Shown: positions 44,894 to 54,138 of the stretch, piece by piece | How positions within the stretch are numbered: position 1 is the stretch's first letter | How the letters are laid out: each line of letters begins with the position of its first letter | Assembly: GCA_022825265.1 (NCBI GenBank) | Contig: JAJDXE010000004.1 | Span: 270,341 to 334,340, forward strand | Source of the DNA: Dehalococcoidia bacterium | GTDB lineage: Bacteria; Chloroflexota; Dehalococcoidia; Bin125 | DNA length: 64,000 nucleotides | Reading direction: 5' to 3' | Notes under the pieces: generated by a model | Database searches by the model: none | The model's input: the letters and a program-made list of their open reading frames with translations, nothing else | What the model was told of the DNA's origin: nothing | Translations under genes and position numbers: made by a program

Positions 44894-45940
44894 ATGGAGA
44901 CTCAGCGGGTTGATTCCAATGGGATTCGGATCAATGTGCTCACGGATGGGCCGTCGGATGGGCCTCCCGTTCTGCTGATCCATGGATTTCCTGAGACTTC
45001 CTATGAGTGGCGGAAGCAGATTCCGGCTCTGGTTGATGCCGGGTATCGGGTGATTGTTCCCGATACTCGCGGGTACGGCGAGTCGGACAAGCCTCCCGGG
45101 CCGGTGTCTCGGCGGACGCTGGCGGCGGACATGGTGGGGGTGCTGGACCACTTCGACGTTGACGAGGTTGCGCTGGTCGGGCATGACTGGGGTGGGATTA
45201 TCGGGTTCAAGGTGGTGATCGACTGGCCCGAGCGGATCTCGAGCGTGGCTCTGATGGACACGCTCTGCACGGTCTGGACGCCGTTTGCGGTGCATGGATT
45301 CTGGTTCAAGGCTCGGCCGCTGCCGGAGCACTTCTATGCGGAGTATCACGCGCAGTTCATCGAGGCGATCTTCACCGGCGAGTCAGACCCTGAGCTGCCG
45401 GGCTGGCCGGAATCGCCGTGGAATGTGAGCGGGCGACGGCTGACGCCGAATCGGTGGGCGACGGACGAGGATGTCGAGGTCTACAAGCGTGCGTTTTCGG
45501 ACCCGGACTCGCAGGCGGCGGCGATTTCGTACTACCGACACGCGCTGCCCTTCCATCGGATGCACGCCGACGAGAATGTCGCCGGCGGCTATCGCTGTGA
45601 GCGGCTGACGTCGGCGCAGGTCGGCGAGGTCTGGCGTCGGGGGCTGGACGACCATCCCTGGGGCCGGGAGTTCATGGAATACGGGCCGGAGGATCGGCAC
45701 AAGCGATTCGAGAAGCCGGCGCTGTGGATGTACGGGAACGCTCGGCTGGCGCCGGACAGTCCGCCGAGTCGGGAGACGCCGTCGGGCAATCCGTTCTTCG
45801 ACCAGTTCCCGATGTACTTCCCCGACCTGACATCGGTGGGCGTGCCGGGGGCGGGTCATTTCTTCCCGGAGGAGGCGCCGGAGTTTACGAACAAGACGCT
45901 GCTTGAGTTTCTCGCGAATGCGAGCCAGACGGAACAGTAG
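44894..45940 (+). CDS. Alpha/beta hydrolase (epoxide-hydrolase / haloalkane-dehalogenase-like).
   Basis: Contains LLIHGFPETSYEWR and GHDWGG. Confidence 0.75.
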   Translation: METQRVDSNGIRINVLTDGPSDGPPVLLIHGFPETSYEWRKQIPALVDAGYRVIVPDTRGYGESDKPPGPVSRRTLAADMVGVLDHFDVDEVALVGHDWGGIIGFKVVIDWPERISSVALMDTLCTVWTPFAVHGFWFKARPLPEHFYAEYHAQFIEAIFTGESDPELPGWPESPWNVSGRRLTPNRWATDEDVEVYKRAFSDPDSQAAAISYYRHALPFHRMHADENVAGGYRCERLTSAQVGEVWRRGLDDHPWGREFMEYGPEDRHKRFEKPALWMYGNARLAPDSPPSRETPSGNPFFDQFPMYFPDLTSVGVPGAGHFFPEEAPEFTNKTLLEFLANASQTEQ

Positions 45941-45946
45941 GACACC

Positions 45947-46405
45947 ATGACCAACACATCGGAATCGACGGAGCTGGCGCTCAGACTGCTTCGCCAACTG
46001 ACCGAGACGGTCGAGCAACTGTCGGGTCTGTCGGACGACGATTTGGCGTTTCCGACGGAGCATGGCTGCGCGATGAATGGCGGCGTTCGGCGGCTGCTGG
46101 TTCACAACGCGGAGCATGATCGGATGCATGCGGGGGCGGTCTCGACGGCGCGCTACACGGCGAAGCAGATGCAGGAGTCGCCGCTTTCGCATCTGACCCG
46201 CGATCTGATTTTCCAGCGGGCCGAGCTGGTGGGTCAGTTGCTGCATATGGACGACTCGTTGCTGGATGCGAAGGCTCCGAACGACGAGTGGTCGATCCGG
46301 GAGCATGTCGAGCACGTGCTGTACTGGGAGAACAACTCGATGTCGCAGGTGGCGTCGGAGATGAAGTCGCAGGCAGGCTCGGCGGCGGCGGGAGGTTTGG
46401 GATGA
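45947..46405 (+). CDS. DinB-family protein.
   Basis: 152 aa with LLVHNAEHDRMHAG and HVEHVLYWE His motifs. Confidence 0.55.
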   Translation: MTNTSESTELALRLLRQLTETVEQLSGLSDDDLAFPTEHGCAMNGGVRRLLVHNAEHDRMHAGAVSTARYTAKQMQESPLSHLTRDLIFQRAELVGQLLHMDDSLLDAKAPNDEWSIREHVEHVLYWENNSMSQVASEMKSQAGSAAAGGLG

Positions 46406-47595
46406 CATCGACTCAGCGATATGACGTGGCCGTTGTTGGACTGGGCGCGATGGGATCGGCTGCGGCCTGGCATCTGGCGCGGCGCGGACAGCGGGTGATC
46501 GGGTTTGATCGATTTCATCCGCCTCACATGATGGGCTCGACGCATGGCGATACTCGCGGGATCCGCGAGGCGTACTACGAGGGTCCGTCCTACGTGCCGT
46601 TCGTTCGGCGGGCGTATGAGTTGTGGGACGAGCTGTCGGAGCTGGTTGGGCAGCCGCTGTTCCGGCAGACCGGGTCGCTGACCCTGGGCACGGAAGGCTC
46701 GCTGCAGATCAACGGCGTGCTGGCCAGCGCTCGCGAGCATGACATTCCGATCGATTACATGGACGGCGCCGAGCTGAAGCAGCGCTATCCGGCGATCCTG
46801 GCGACCGATGACCTGGTCGGGATCCTGGAGCATCGGGGCGGGATGATCGAGATCGAACCGGCGCTCAAAGGTCAGCTCGACCAAGCGGCGAAGCACGGGG
46901 CGGAGCTGCACTTCGACGAGCCGGTCGAGCGCTGGCTGCCGCAGGAGATGGACGACGTCGAATCGCCGATCGTGATCAACACGGCCAAGGGGACCTACGA
47001 GGCTGAGCGGATGGTCGTGACGGCCGGCGCCTGGAACGCGGGCTTGGTGGGCAAGCTCAACCTGCCGCTTCTGGTGACCCGGCAGGTGATGTTCTGGTTC
47101 GAGCCGCGGGCCAATCCGGAGGCGTTCGAGGTCGGCGCGCTGCCCTTCTGGATGTGGGAGCGCGGACCGCAGGACTTCGCCTACGGATTCCCAAACGTTG
47201 GCAAGGGATTCAAGCTGGGGCATCATCAGCCGCTGGATGAGGTGGATCCGAACGGCTACAACCAGGAGATGACGGCCGAGGACGAGGCGAACGTCCGCCA
47301 GTGGCTCGAGCGCACGTTCCCGGATGTCGGCGGCAAGCTGCTGCGGGCCGAGACCTGCATGTACACCAGCACGCCCGACGCGCACTTCCTGATCGACATT
47401 CATCCGAAGCGTCCGAACATCGTGCTGGCCAGTCCGTGTTCGGGTCACGGGTTCAAGTTCTCGCCGGCGATCGGCGAGGCGCTGGCCGACCTGAGCATGT
47501 ATCGCAAGACCGAGCACGACCTTGGTCTGTTCCGCGTGGACCGGTTTGTCGAGCGGCCCGGCGAGCAGGCGTCGCAGTCGGCGGCGGGGGACTGA
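46402..47595 (+). CDS. FAD-dependent sarcosine oxidase / N-methyl-L-tryptophan oxidase family (MSOX/SolA-like).
   Basis: Begins MTSTQRYDVAVVGLGAMGSAAAWHLARRGQRV (a GxGxxG FAD site). C-terminal ASPCSGHGFKF is typical of MSOX. Its start overlaps the DinB stop (ATGA). Confidence 0.8.
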   Translation: MTSTQRYDVAVVGLGAMGSAAAWHLARRGQRVIGFDRFHPPHMMGSTHGDTRGIREAYYEGPSYVPFVRRAYELWDELSELVGQPLFRQTGSLTLGTEGSLQINGVLASAREHDIPIDYMDGAELKQRYPAILATDDLVGILEHRGGMIEIEPALKGQLDQAAKHGAELHFDEPVERWLPQEMDDVESPIVINTAKGTYEAERMVVTAGAWNAGLVGKLNLPLLVTRQVMFWFEPRANPEAFEVGALPFWMWERGPQDFAYGFPNVGKGFKLGHHQPLDEVDPNGYNQEMTAEDEANVRQWLERTFPDVGGKLLRAETCMYTSTPDAHFLIDIHPKRPNIVLASPCSGHGFKFSPAIGEALADLSMYRKTEHDLGLFRVDRFVERPGEQASQSAAGD

Positions 47596-47601
47596 CGGAC
47601 G

Positions 47602-48543
47602 ATGCCGCAGCGGGTCGCGGTGGTGGGAGCTGGCGCTGTCGGCGGTTACTTCGGCATGCGCCTCGCCGAGGCGGGCCATGATGTTCGCTTCCTGATGCGG
47701 CGCGACTATGAGGCGGTCAAGGCGGGCGGCCTGCACCTGAGCAGCCATCTTGGCGATATGTCGCTAGACTCTCCGACGATCGAGCGGACGCCCGAGGCGC
47801 TGGCCTCGCACGGTCCGGTCGACTGGGTCCTGGTCGGGCTCAAGGCGACCGCGATTCCCGACATTCCGAAGCTGGTCGGACCGCTGCTGTCTGAGGGCAC
47901 GCGAGTTCTTGCGATCATGAACGGCCTAACCGTCGACGACGAGATCGCCGCCCAGTTGCCCGAGGGCACGTCGCTATTCGGCGGGCTCGGTTTCATCGGC
48001 GTGATCCGCGGCGAGCTAGGGCGGATCCTGCACCAGGAGTTCGGCGCCATCAACCTCGGACATCACGGCGACGACCCCGACGAGCTGCAGCGCGGCGTCG
48101 ACCTGTTCGCCGGCAGCAAGGTCGAGATCCGGCCCGAACCGAGCCTGCTGCGGGCGCGCTGGGAGAAGCTCTGCTGGAACATTCCCTTCAACGGGTTGTG
48201 CGTGATCGCGGGCGGCGTGCCCGTCGACCAGGTGATCGAGGAGCCGCCGCTCTACGACGCCGCCTACGAGATCATCCGCGAGATCGTGGACGCCGGCAAC
48301 GCCGACCTCGAAGCCCACGGCGAGACCGTCCGCATCGACGGCCCCCGCATCGCCAACCAGTTCCTCACGCAGACGCTCGGGATGGGCGCGTATCGGCCGA
48401 GCACGGTGATCGACTACAACGAGGGCCGGCCGCTGGAGCTGGAGGCGATCTTCCGCCAGCCCGTGCAGCGAGCGAGTGAGTTGGGGGTGGGGGTTCCGAT
48501 GATGTCGATGGTGGCGTCGCTGGTTGGGAAGCTGGGTGGTTAG
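47602..48543 (+). CDS. panE: 2-dehydropantoate 2-reductase (ApbA/PanE family).
   Basis: Begins MPQRVAVVGAGAVGGYFG (Rossmann fold). Contains the conserved ...KLCWN... Confidence 0.75.
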   Translation: MPQRVAVVGAGAVGGYFGMRLAEAGHDVRFLMRRDYEAVKAGGLHLSSHLGDMSLDSPTIERTPEALASHGPVDWVLVGLKATAIPDIPKLVGPLLSEGTRVLAIMNGLTVDDEIAAQLPEGTSLFGGLGFIGVIRGELGRILHQEFGAINLGHHGDDPDELQRGVDLFAGSKVEIRPEPSLLRARWEKLCWNIPFNGLCVIAGGVPVDQVIEEPPLYDAAYEIIREIVDAGNADLEAHGETVRIDGPRIANQFLTQTLGMGAYRPSTVIDYNEGRPLELEAIFRQPVQRASELGVGVPMMSMVASLVGKLGG

Positions 48544-48701
48544 GCGGTGCTGAGGATGTGCCTGTTGTATCGGGAGGGGAGGGTGCTGAGTCGGGGGTTG
48601 ACAGTGTCGGAGGTGGCTTGGTTCTCGGAAGTTGCGCGCCGGGCTCAAATGACTCTATCTATGTCAGAGAGCAGCTAAGCCTCGCTCACGGAGCTGTCAG
48701 G

Positions 48702-49814
48702 ATGCACATGGGACACAAGCTTTCTCAAGTCGGTCGCTGGCTCGCTCGAAACGCATTACGGCACCGACGGTGGCTCATCGCAATCCTTATTGTGTATGTG
48801 ATTGTTCGGGGCCTGTCATACGTCGATTTGGCTGCCGACATACCATGGGGATGGGCAGATCACCTCAAGTCGTGGATCACGGAGAATTCGTCTGGACGAG
48901 AGTCTGGAAGCACAACCATACGCAATGTAGGGTTAGTTGTAGGTGGCTTCTTTGCGCTCGTACTCGCGTGGTGGCGAACTCGAATCGCGCAACGAGAAGC
49001 GCAGACAGCACAGCAGGGCCTTTTAAATGAGCGCTACCAGGGTGCCGCAGAGATGCTCGGAAGCGATCAACTGTCGGCCCGCTTAGGCGGGATTTACGCA
49101 CTTGAACGTCTACTTGAGGACGATCTTCAGCGATACTACCCAGAGGTTGTGCGGTTGTCTTGCGCATTCGTGCGCCGCCCGAAGGATGATGAGTCCGCGG
49201 AAATAGCCGATCGATTACGTGAAGATGTACAGGCGGTTCTCGACCTGATCGGTCGCCGAAACAGTGCGGTGGATGCTGAGATGCGAAGGATAATCCCGGA
49301 CGAGCCGAGGGAAATGTTCTCTATGCGCGTAGGGGTCTTCGACCTTTCCGGTGCTGTTATTCGCAAGGCGATTGTGATGGTCCCAAATTTTACCGGAGTG
49401 ATATTCACGAATGCAGATATGACAGGGATTATAAGCTATCAACCCATATTCACAGATGCAGAGCTAAATGGGGCAAGACTGACCGAAGCGAAGATTTTCA
49501 AAGGCAATTTCACTAAAGCAGACCTTTCTGGCTCCGACTTATCCGGTGCGCAACTGCCTGAGGCGAATCTTACAAATGCGGAGTTCACCGAGGCAAAGCT
49601 AGCAAACGCCAATCTGATTGAGACCAACCTGAGCGGTGCAGTTCTGCAAGCGGCAGACATTTCGGGTGTGCAGTTCTCGCGTGATGGTGAGAGGTGTGCG
49701 ACAGGTCTAACACAGCAGCAATTGGACGAGGCGATCGCGGATCCTGACAATCCCCCAGTGATCGTTGGCGTTGTGGATGCGGAAACCGACTTGCCTTTGG
49801 TATGGCGGGATTGA
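48702..49814 (+). CDS. Pentapeptide-repeat protein with N-terminal transmembrane anchor, encoded in a low-GC segment.
   Basis: Two TM helices (WLIAILIVYVIVRGL; VGLVVGGFFALVLAWW). The C-terminal half is built of A(D/N)LxG-type pentapeptide repeats. The track starts it at 48558; an internal Met at 48702 with GGAG upstream is preferred. Confidence 0.7.
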   Translation: MHMGHKLSQVGRWLARNALRHRRWLIAILIVYVIVRGLSYVDLAADIPWGWADHLKSWITENSSGRESGSTTIRNVGLVVGGFFALVLAWWRTRIAQREAQTAQQGLLNERYQGAAEMLGSDQLSARLGGIYALERLLEDDLQRYYPEVVRLSCAFVRRPKDDESAEIADRLREDVQAVLDLIGRRNSAVDAEMRRIIPDEPREMFSMRVGVFDLSGAVIRKAIVMVPNFTGVIFTNADMTGIISYQPIFTDAELNGARLTEAKIFKGNFTKADLSGSDLSGAQLPEANLTNAEFTEAKLANANLIETNLSGAVLQAADISGVQFSRDGERCATGLTQQQLDEAIADPDNPPVIVGVVDAETDLPLVWRD

Positions 49815-49830
49815 TGCATCCAGCGCGCTA

Positions 49831-50175
49831 TCATCTCTCCCCTCTGGCCGCGCGTTCAAGCCGCTTGATCGCGCAGGTCGTCTTGCGGGCGCGGGCCAGA
49901 TCGTAGGCGTTCCGGAGGCGGAGCCGAGTTTCGGCGGTGCCGCCGCCGAACGCAACCTGGGCGGCACCACCCAGCGCTCCAATAGCAGCCATGTCTGCAT
50001 ACAATGGATGGCGCTCAACAATGAGCGTCGACTCCGGCGAGCGAGCCATGTATCCGCGACCGCGGCACACAGCCCCGGCGACAAGTCTGGACCTTCCTGG
50101 ATTCACCCGGACAAACACTGCTGAAATCGAGAGAAATCGGGACGGATCTGGACTGATCAAGACAAATCTGGACAA
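49831..50175 (-). CDS. Questionable small ORF (hypothetical).
   Basis: 114-aa ORF. Only the C-terminal about 70 aa lie in GC-typical sequence. It may be non-coding. Confidence 0.2.
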   Translation of the reverse strand: MSRFVLISPDPSRFLSISAVFVRVNPGRSRLVAGAVCRGRGYMARSPESTLIVERHPLYADMAAIGALGGAAQVAFGGGTAETRLRLRNAYDLARARKTTCAIKRLERAARGER

Positions 50176-50229
50176 ACCTGAACACCTTGACGCCGAATTC
50201 CTAGCTCACAGCGCCAAAGCCGCCCGATC

Positions 50230-50736
50230 TCAGCGGAATCTCAGCGCCTCGCACCACTCCGACAGCGCCGCTGACCTCGAGGCCTCCGTGTTCCAGTGGA
50301 GGGGGCGGGGGCTCGTGCTGGGGAGGGGGATGAGGTCGGCTTTGAGGTTGGGGAAGGCTCGGCGGAACTCTCGGAGGCGTCGGCCGTTGAGGAGGATGGG
50401 GAACGGGCCGCGCGAATCCAACAAATTTCCGACCTCGTTCGGCACCGCGTCCTGGATCTTGTCGTCGCCGGAACCTTCTCGGCGGACCTGATGGTAGAGG
50501 TCCCAGATGGCTAGTTGATTGGCCTGGACCTGAGCGATTCGGTCTTCGTATGGCGCGGTGGCGTCCTCGACGACGTTGCAGTGCTGGAGGACTCGCCAGA
50601 ACCAGTTCTGGGGATGGGCGTAGTATTGCTGCTTCTCCAGCGACTGGACGCTGGGGAATGAGCCGAGGATGAGGGCTCGGATGGGGCCGTCGGGCAGGAT
50701 CGGCGGGAGGCCGTTGAGGAGCGGGTCGGGAGGCAC
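50230..50736 (-). CDS. DNA-deoxyinosine glycosylase (hypoxanthine-DNA glycosylase, UDG superfamily).
   Basis: 168 aa with LILGSFPS...YYAHPQNWFW, diagnostic of the deoxyinosine glycosylase family. Confidence 0.75.
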   Translation of the reverse strand: MPPDPLLNGLPPILPDGPIRALILGSFPSVQSLEKQQYYAHPQNWFWRVLQHCNVVEDATAPYEDRIAQVQANQLAIWDLYHQVRREGSGDDKIQDAVPNEVGNLLDSRGPFPILLNGRRLREFRRAFPNLKADLIPLPSTSPRPLHWNTEASRSAALSEWCEALRFR

Positions 50737-50739
50737 CCG

Positions 50740-51972
50740 CTACTTCGCAGGGAAGACCGGTTCTCCGCCGATGATGCCGGCGGCTTCCATCTCCTGGAGG
50801 TCTCCGGCGCTGAGGCCGAGGTCGTCGCTGAGCACCTGGGACGTGTGCTCACCGAGGAGAGGGGCACGGACGATGGGCACATCGCTCTTGGACATTCGCG
50901 GGGCCCAGCCGAGCAGGCGGATCTTGCCGTGCGCGGGGTGATCGAGGTCGTGGACGAAACCGCGCTCCTCGAAGTGCGGATTGTGGAAGAGGTCGTAGGT
51001 GTCGAGCACAGCCGAGCAGGGCACGCCCGCCTCGCCCAGGATCTCCATCACCTCCCACTTGGTCCGCGTCTTGGTCCACTTTGAGATCTCGGCGTACAGC
51101 TCGTCGCCGTTCTCGTTGCGCTTCCACATGTCCTCGAAGCGCGGGTCGAGCAGCAGTTCGGGCCGGTCGATGGTGGCGCAGAGGGTGTCCCACATGCGGC
51201 TGGTCACGACCATGATGTAGACCCACTCGTTGTTGCCGCCGCGCTCCTCGCTCTCGGGCGTGGACTTGCAGGGATAGAGATTGGTCGGCGCGCCGGCGGC
51301 GTTGCCGTTGCGCGGCGCGACGCGCTCGCCCCACTGCGAGTAGGCGATGCGAGTGCGCATGAAGTAGGTCATCGCCTCCTGCATCGTGATCTCGATGAAC
51401 TGGCCCTCGCCGGTGCGCTGACGCTGGACGTAGGCGGCCGTGATCGCCAGTGCGAGCTCGGTGCCGGTGCCTGAGTCGCCGACGGTGGAGCCGGGCATCA
51501 TCGGCGGTCCGTCTTTCTCACCAGTCACCGAGAACGCGCCGGCGGCCGCCTGGGCGACCATGTCGTAGCACTTGAAGTCCTGCCAGGGACCTGAGAGGCC
51601 GAAGCCCTTGAGCCGGCCGTAGATGATCGCCGGATTGATCTCCTTCATCACCTCGTAGGTGAGATTGAGCCGCTCCATCACGCCGGGGCCGTAGTTCTCG
51701 ACGAAGACGTCGTAGTGGGGCAGCATCTCGAGCAGCAGCTCGCGGCCCTTGGGGTCCTGCAGGTTGATCGTGACCGAGCGCTTGTTGGAGTTCCAGTTGA
51801 TGAAGTAGGGCGAGTTCAGCGTCCCCGTGCGAACGCCCCGTCCAGGGTCGCCCACGCCGGGCTGCTCGACCTTGACCACATCCGCCCCAAGCCAGGCCAG
51901 CGCCTGCGTGCAGGAAGTCCCCGCCTCGTACTGAGTCATGTCCAGAACGCGCATTCCATCAAGAGCGGGCAT
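50740..51972 (-). CDS. CoA-transferase family III (formyl-CoA-transferase-like).
   Basis: Begins MPALDGMRVLDMTQYEAGTSCTQALAWLGADVVKVEQP. The ORF-track N-terminal extension is rejected. Confidence 0.8.
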   Translation of the reverse strand: MPALDGMRVLDMTQYEAGTSCTQALAWLGADVVKVEQPGVGDPGRGVRTGTLNSPYFINWNSNKRSVTINLQDPKGRELLLEMLPHYDVFVENYGPGVMERLNLTYEVMKEINPAIIYGRLKGFGLSGPWQDFKCYDMVAQAAAGAFSVTGEKDGPPMMPGSTVGDSGTGTELALAITAAYVQRQRTGEGQFIEITMQEAMTYFMRTRIAYSQWGERVAPRNGNAAGAPTNLYPCKSTPESEERGGNNEWVYIMVVTSRMWDTLCATIDRPELLLDPRFEDMWKRNENGDELYAEISKWTKTRTKWEVMEILGEAGVPCSAVLDTYDLFHNPHFEERGFVHDLDHPAHGKIRLLGWAPRMSKSDVPIVRAPLLGEHTSQVLSDDLGLSAGDLQEMEAAGIIGGEPVFPAK

Positions 51973-52087
51973 CGTCAAGTCCTCCTGCGGGCGCGGCGCC
52001 GAGCAGACGCCATCGCTGGTCAGATTCTCCACCATCATAGGGAACGCGGTCTGGCCCAGATTTCATCGAGCGGTCTAGGCCTTCTCG

Positions 52088-52663
52088 CTAGCGGCCAAGC
52101 CGTTCGCGCTCCTCGCGTATCTCACGTGGGCAAGCGCAAACGCCGTCCGTGCGACCCCTGGGTATTGTGGCGCCCTTTGCAAGATTGCACGGTTCACAGA
52201 GCAGCTGGTAGCTGCAGATGCAGCTGACGCCGCCCTTTGAACGAGGCCAGACATGGTCGATCTGCAGCTTGCGTCTGACGTTGACCGCATCGAGCTCGGC
52301 AACCCACCAGATGCGCCCGTGGCACAAGGTGCATTTGTTGCCTTGATCGCGCAGCTGTTGGATGAGCCAGCTCGGTTCCACACGGTACGTACTACATAGA
52401 CTGCGAAATCGTCGCTGCACAGGAGTCAGGTGTTTGTGGTAATGGTCGCTCCGCGCGTCTCGGATAGCCTGTTGATCCGCCCCTTCGGTTTGCAGCGATG
52501 CGAAGTCCCAGTCCACGTCTTCGGGCTCGCTCGTTCCCCAGGCCAGTTCGCTTACGCTGTACCGCGGATCTCCCTGCTGGTACTCATCCCAGACCTCGAA
52601 ATCGCCCCAGCGTTCGTGCTGATGATCGTCGGTAGAGCTCTCGTCTGGAGGATGCTGGCTCAC
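52088..52663 (-). CDS. HNH endonuclease domain protein.
   Basis: Contains CTLCHGRIWW...IDHVWPRSKGG...CEPCNLAKG, an HNH motif with flanking Cys. It has an acidic, Trp-rich N-terminus. Confidence 0.75.
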   Translation of the reverse strand: MSQHPPDESSTDDHQHERWGDFEVWDEYQQGDPRYSVSELAWGTSEPEDVDWDFASLQTEGADQQAIRDARSDHYHKHLTPVQRRFRSLCSTYRVEPSWLIQQLRDQGNKCTLCHGRIWWVAELDAVNVRRKLQIDHVWPRSKGGVSCICSYQLLCEPCNLAKGATIPRGRTDGVCACPREIREERERLGR

Positions 52664-52806
52664 TTCGCGATCTCGCTTACGGCAGTGCGGAGAGGGCGTG
52701 GTCGGCCGATGTCACGTCTGCACACACCCACACCGAGGATTCGCGTCATACGACGTAACACGACGAGGTGACGATGCCCGGCGCCCCACCTCGTGAAACG
52801 ACGCAT

Positions 52807-54018
52807 CTAGCGGCTGCTAACGATGCCCTCGGCCTCAAGCCTGGCGAACTCTTCGCCCTCGATGCCGAGGTCGTCGCAGAGGACTTCTCGGGTGTGCTCG
52901 GCGAGGAGCGGAGCGGCGGTCATCGGGACGTTGCTCTTGGACATCTTCGGCGCCCAGCCGAGGAGGCGGATGGGGCCCCACTCGGGATGCTCGATGTCCT
53001 GGATGAAGTTGCGCTCGTCGAAGTGGGGGTTGTGGAAGAGGTCGTAGGTGCTGTGCGTGGCTGAGCAGGGGACGCCGGCCTCGCCGAGGATCTGCATCGC
53101 TTCCCACTTGTCGTGTTGGATCGTCCAGGCGCGGATCTCGGCCTTGAGCGCGTCATTGTTGTCGATTCGCGCCTGTTCGTCGGCGAATCGGGGGTCGACG
53201 ACCATGTCGGGCCGACCCATGGCAGCGCAGAAGGTGTCCCACATCCTCGTGGTCAGCGCGATGATGTAGAGGTAGTCGTCTGCGCCGTTGGAGTCGGGCA
53301 GTGGTTTGCAGGGGTAGAGGTCGGTGGGACCGTTCCAGCCGTTGCCTCGGCGCTCGGCGGCGACGTCGCCCCAGCTCTGGGTGCCGGCGACGGGCGTGCG
53401 GACGTAGTAGGTCATCGCTTCCTGCATCGAGATCTCGATGTGCTGACCCTCGCCGGTGCGCAGCTTCTGGACGTAGGCGGAGGTGATCGCGAAGGCGAGC
53501 TGCATGCCCGTCCCGCTGTCGCCGACGCAGGCGCCGGGCCGCATCGGCGGACCGTCGGCTTCGCCGGTGACCGAGAACGCGCCGGCCGCGTTCTGGGCAA
53601 CCGGGTCGAAGCTCTTGAAGTTGGCGAACGGACCGGAGAGACCGAAGCCCTTGAGTCGGGCGTAGATGATGCTGGGGTGGACTTCCTTGAGCGCCTCGTA
53701 GGTGAGGCCGAGTTTCTCCATCACGCCGGGGCCGTAGTTCTCGACGAAGACGTCGTAGTGCGGGAGCATCTCGAAGAGCAGCGCCTTGCCGCGCTCGTCG
53801 CGAAGGTTGATCGTGACGGAGCGCTTGTTGGCGTTCCAGTTGATGAAGTAGTGCGAGTCGATCTCGGCACCGCTGCCGACGCCGCGGCCGGGGTCGCCGA
53901 CGCCGGGCTGCTCGATCTTGACGACGTCGGCACCGTGCCAGGCCAGCGCCTGGGTGCAGGACGTGCCCGCTTCGTACTGGGTCATATCGAGGACTCGAAG
54001 TCCGTCGAGTGCTGGCAT
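52807..54018 (-). CDS. CoA-transferase family III, paralogue of 50740-51972.
   Basis: Begins MPALDGLRVLDMTQYEAGTSCTQALAWHGADVVKIEQP, colinear with its paralogue. Confidence 0.8.
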   Translation of the reverse strand: MPALDGLRVLDMTQYEAGTSCTQALAWHGADVVKIEQPGVGDPGRGVGSGAEIDSHYFINWNANKRSVTINLRDERGKALLFEMLPHYDVFVENYGPGVMEKLGLTYEALKEVHPSIIYARLKGFGLSGPFANFKSFDPVAQNAAGAFSVTGEADGPPMRPGACVGDSGTGMQLAFAITSAYVQKLRTGEGQHIEISMQEAMTYYVRTPVAGTQSWGDVAAERRGNGWNGPTDLYPCKPLPDSNGADDYLYIIALTTRMWDTFCAAMGRPDMVVDPRFADEQARIDNNDALKAEIRAWTIQHDKWEAMQILGEAGVPCSATHSTYDLFHNPHFDERNFIQDIEHPEWGPIRLLGWAPKMSKSNVPMTAAPLLAEHTREVLCDDLGIEGEEFARLEAEGIVSSR

Positions 54019-54138
54019 TGTGGTGTCCTTCCGCGGCCGGGATGAAAGTCCTCACCATCATAGGGAAGGAGGGATCTGCCTCGGCAGCGCTTACCATGGC
54101 TCCAAGCCAAACCAGAGCGCAGGGATGGAGTCGATGAC

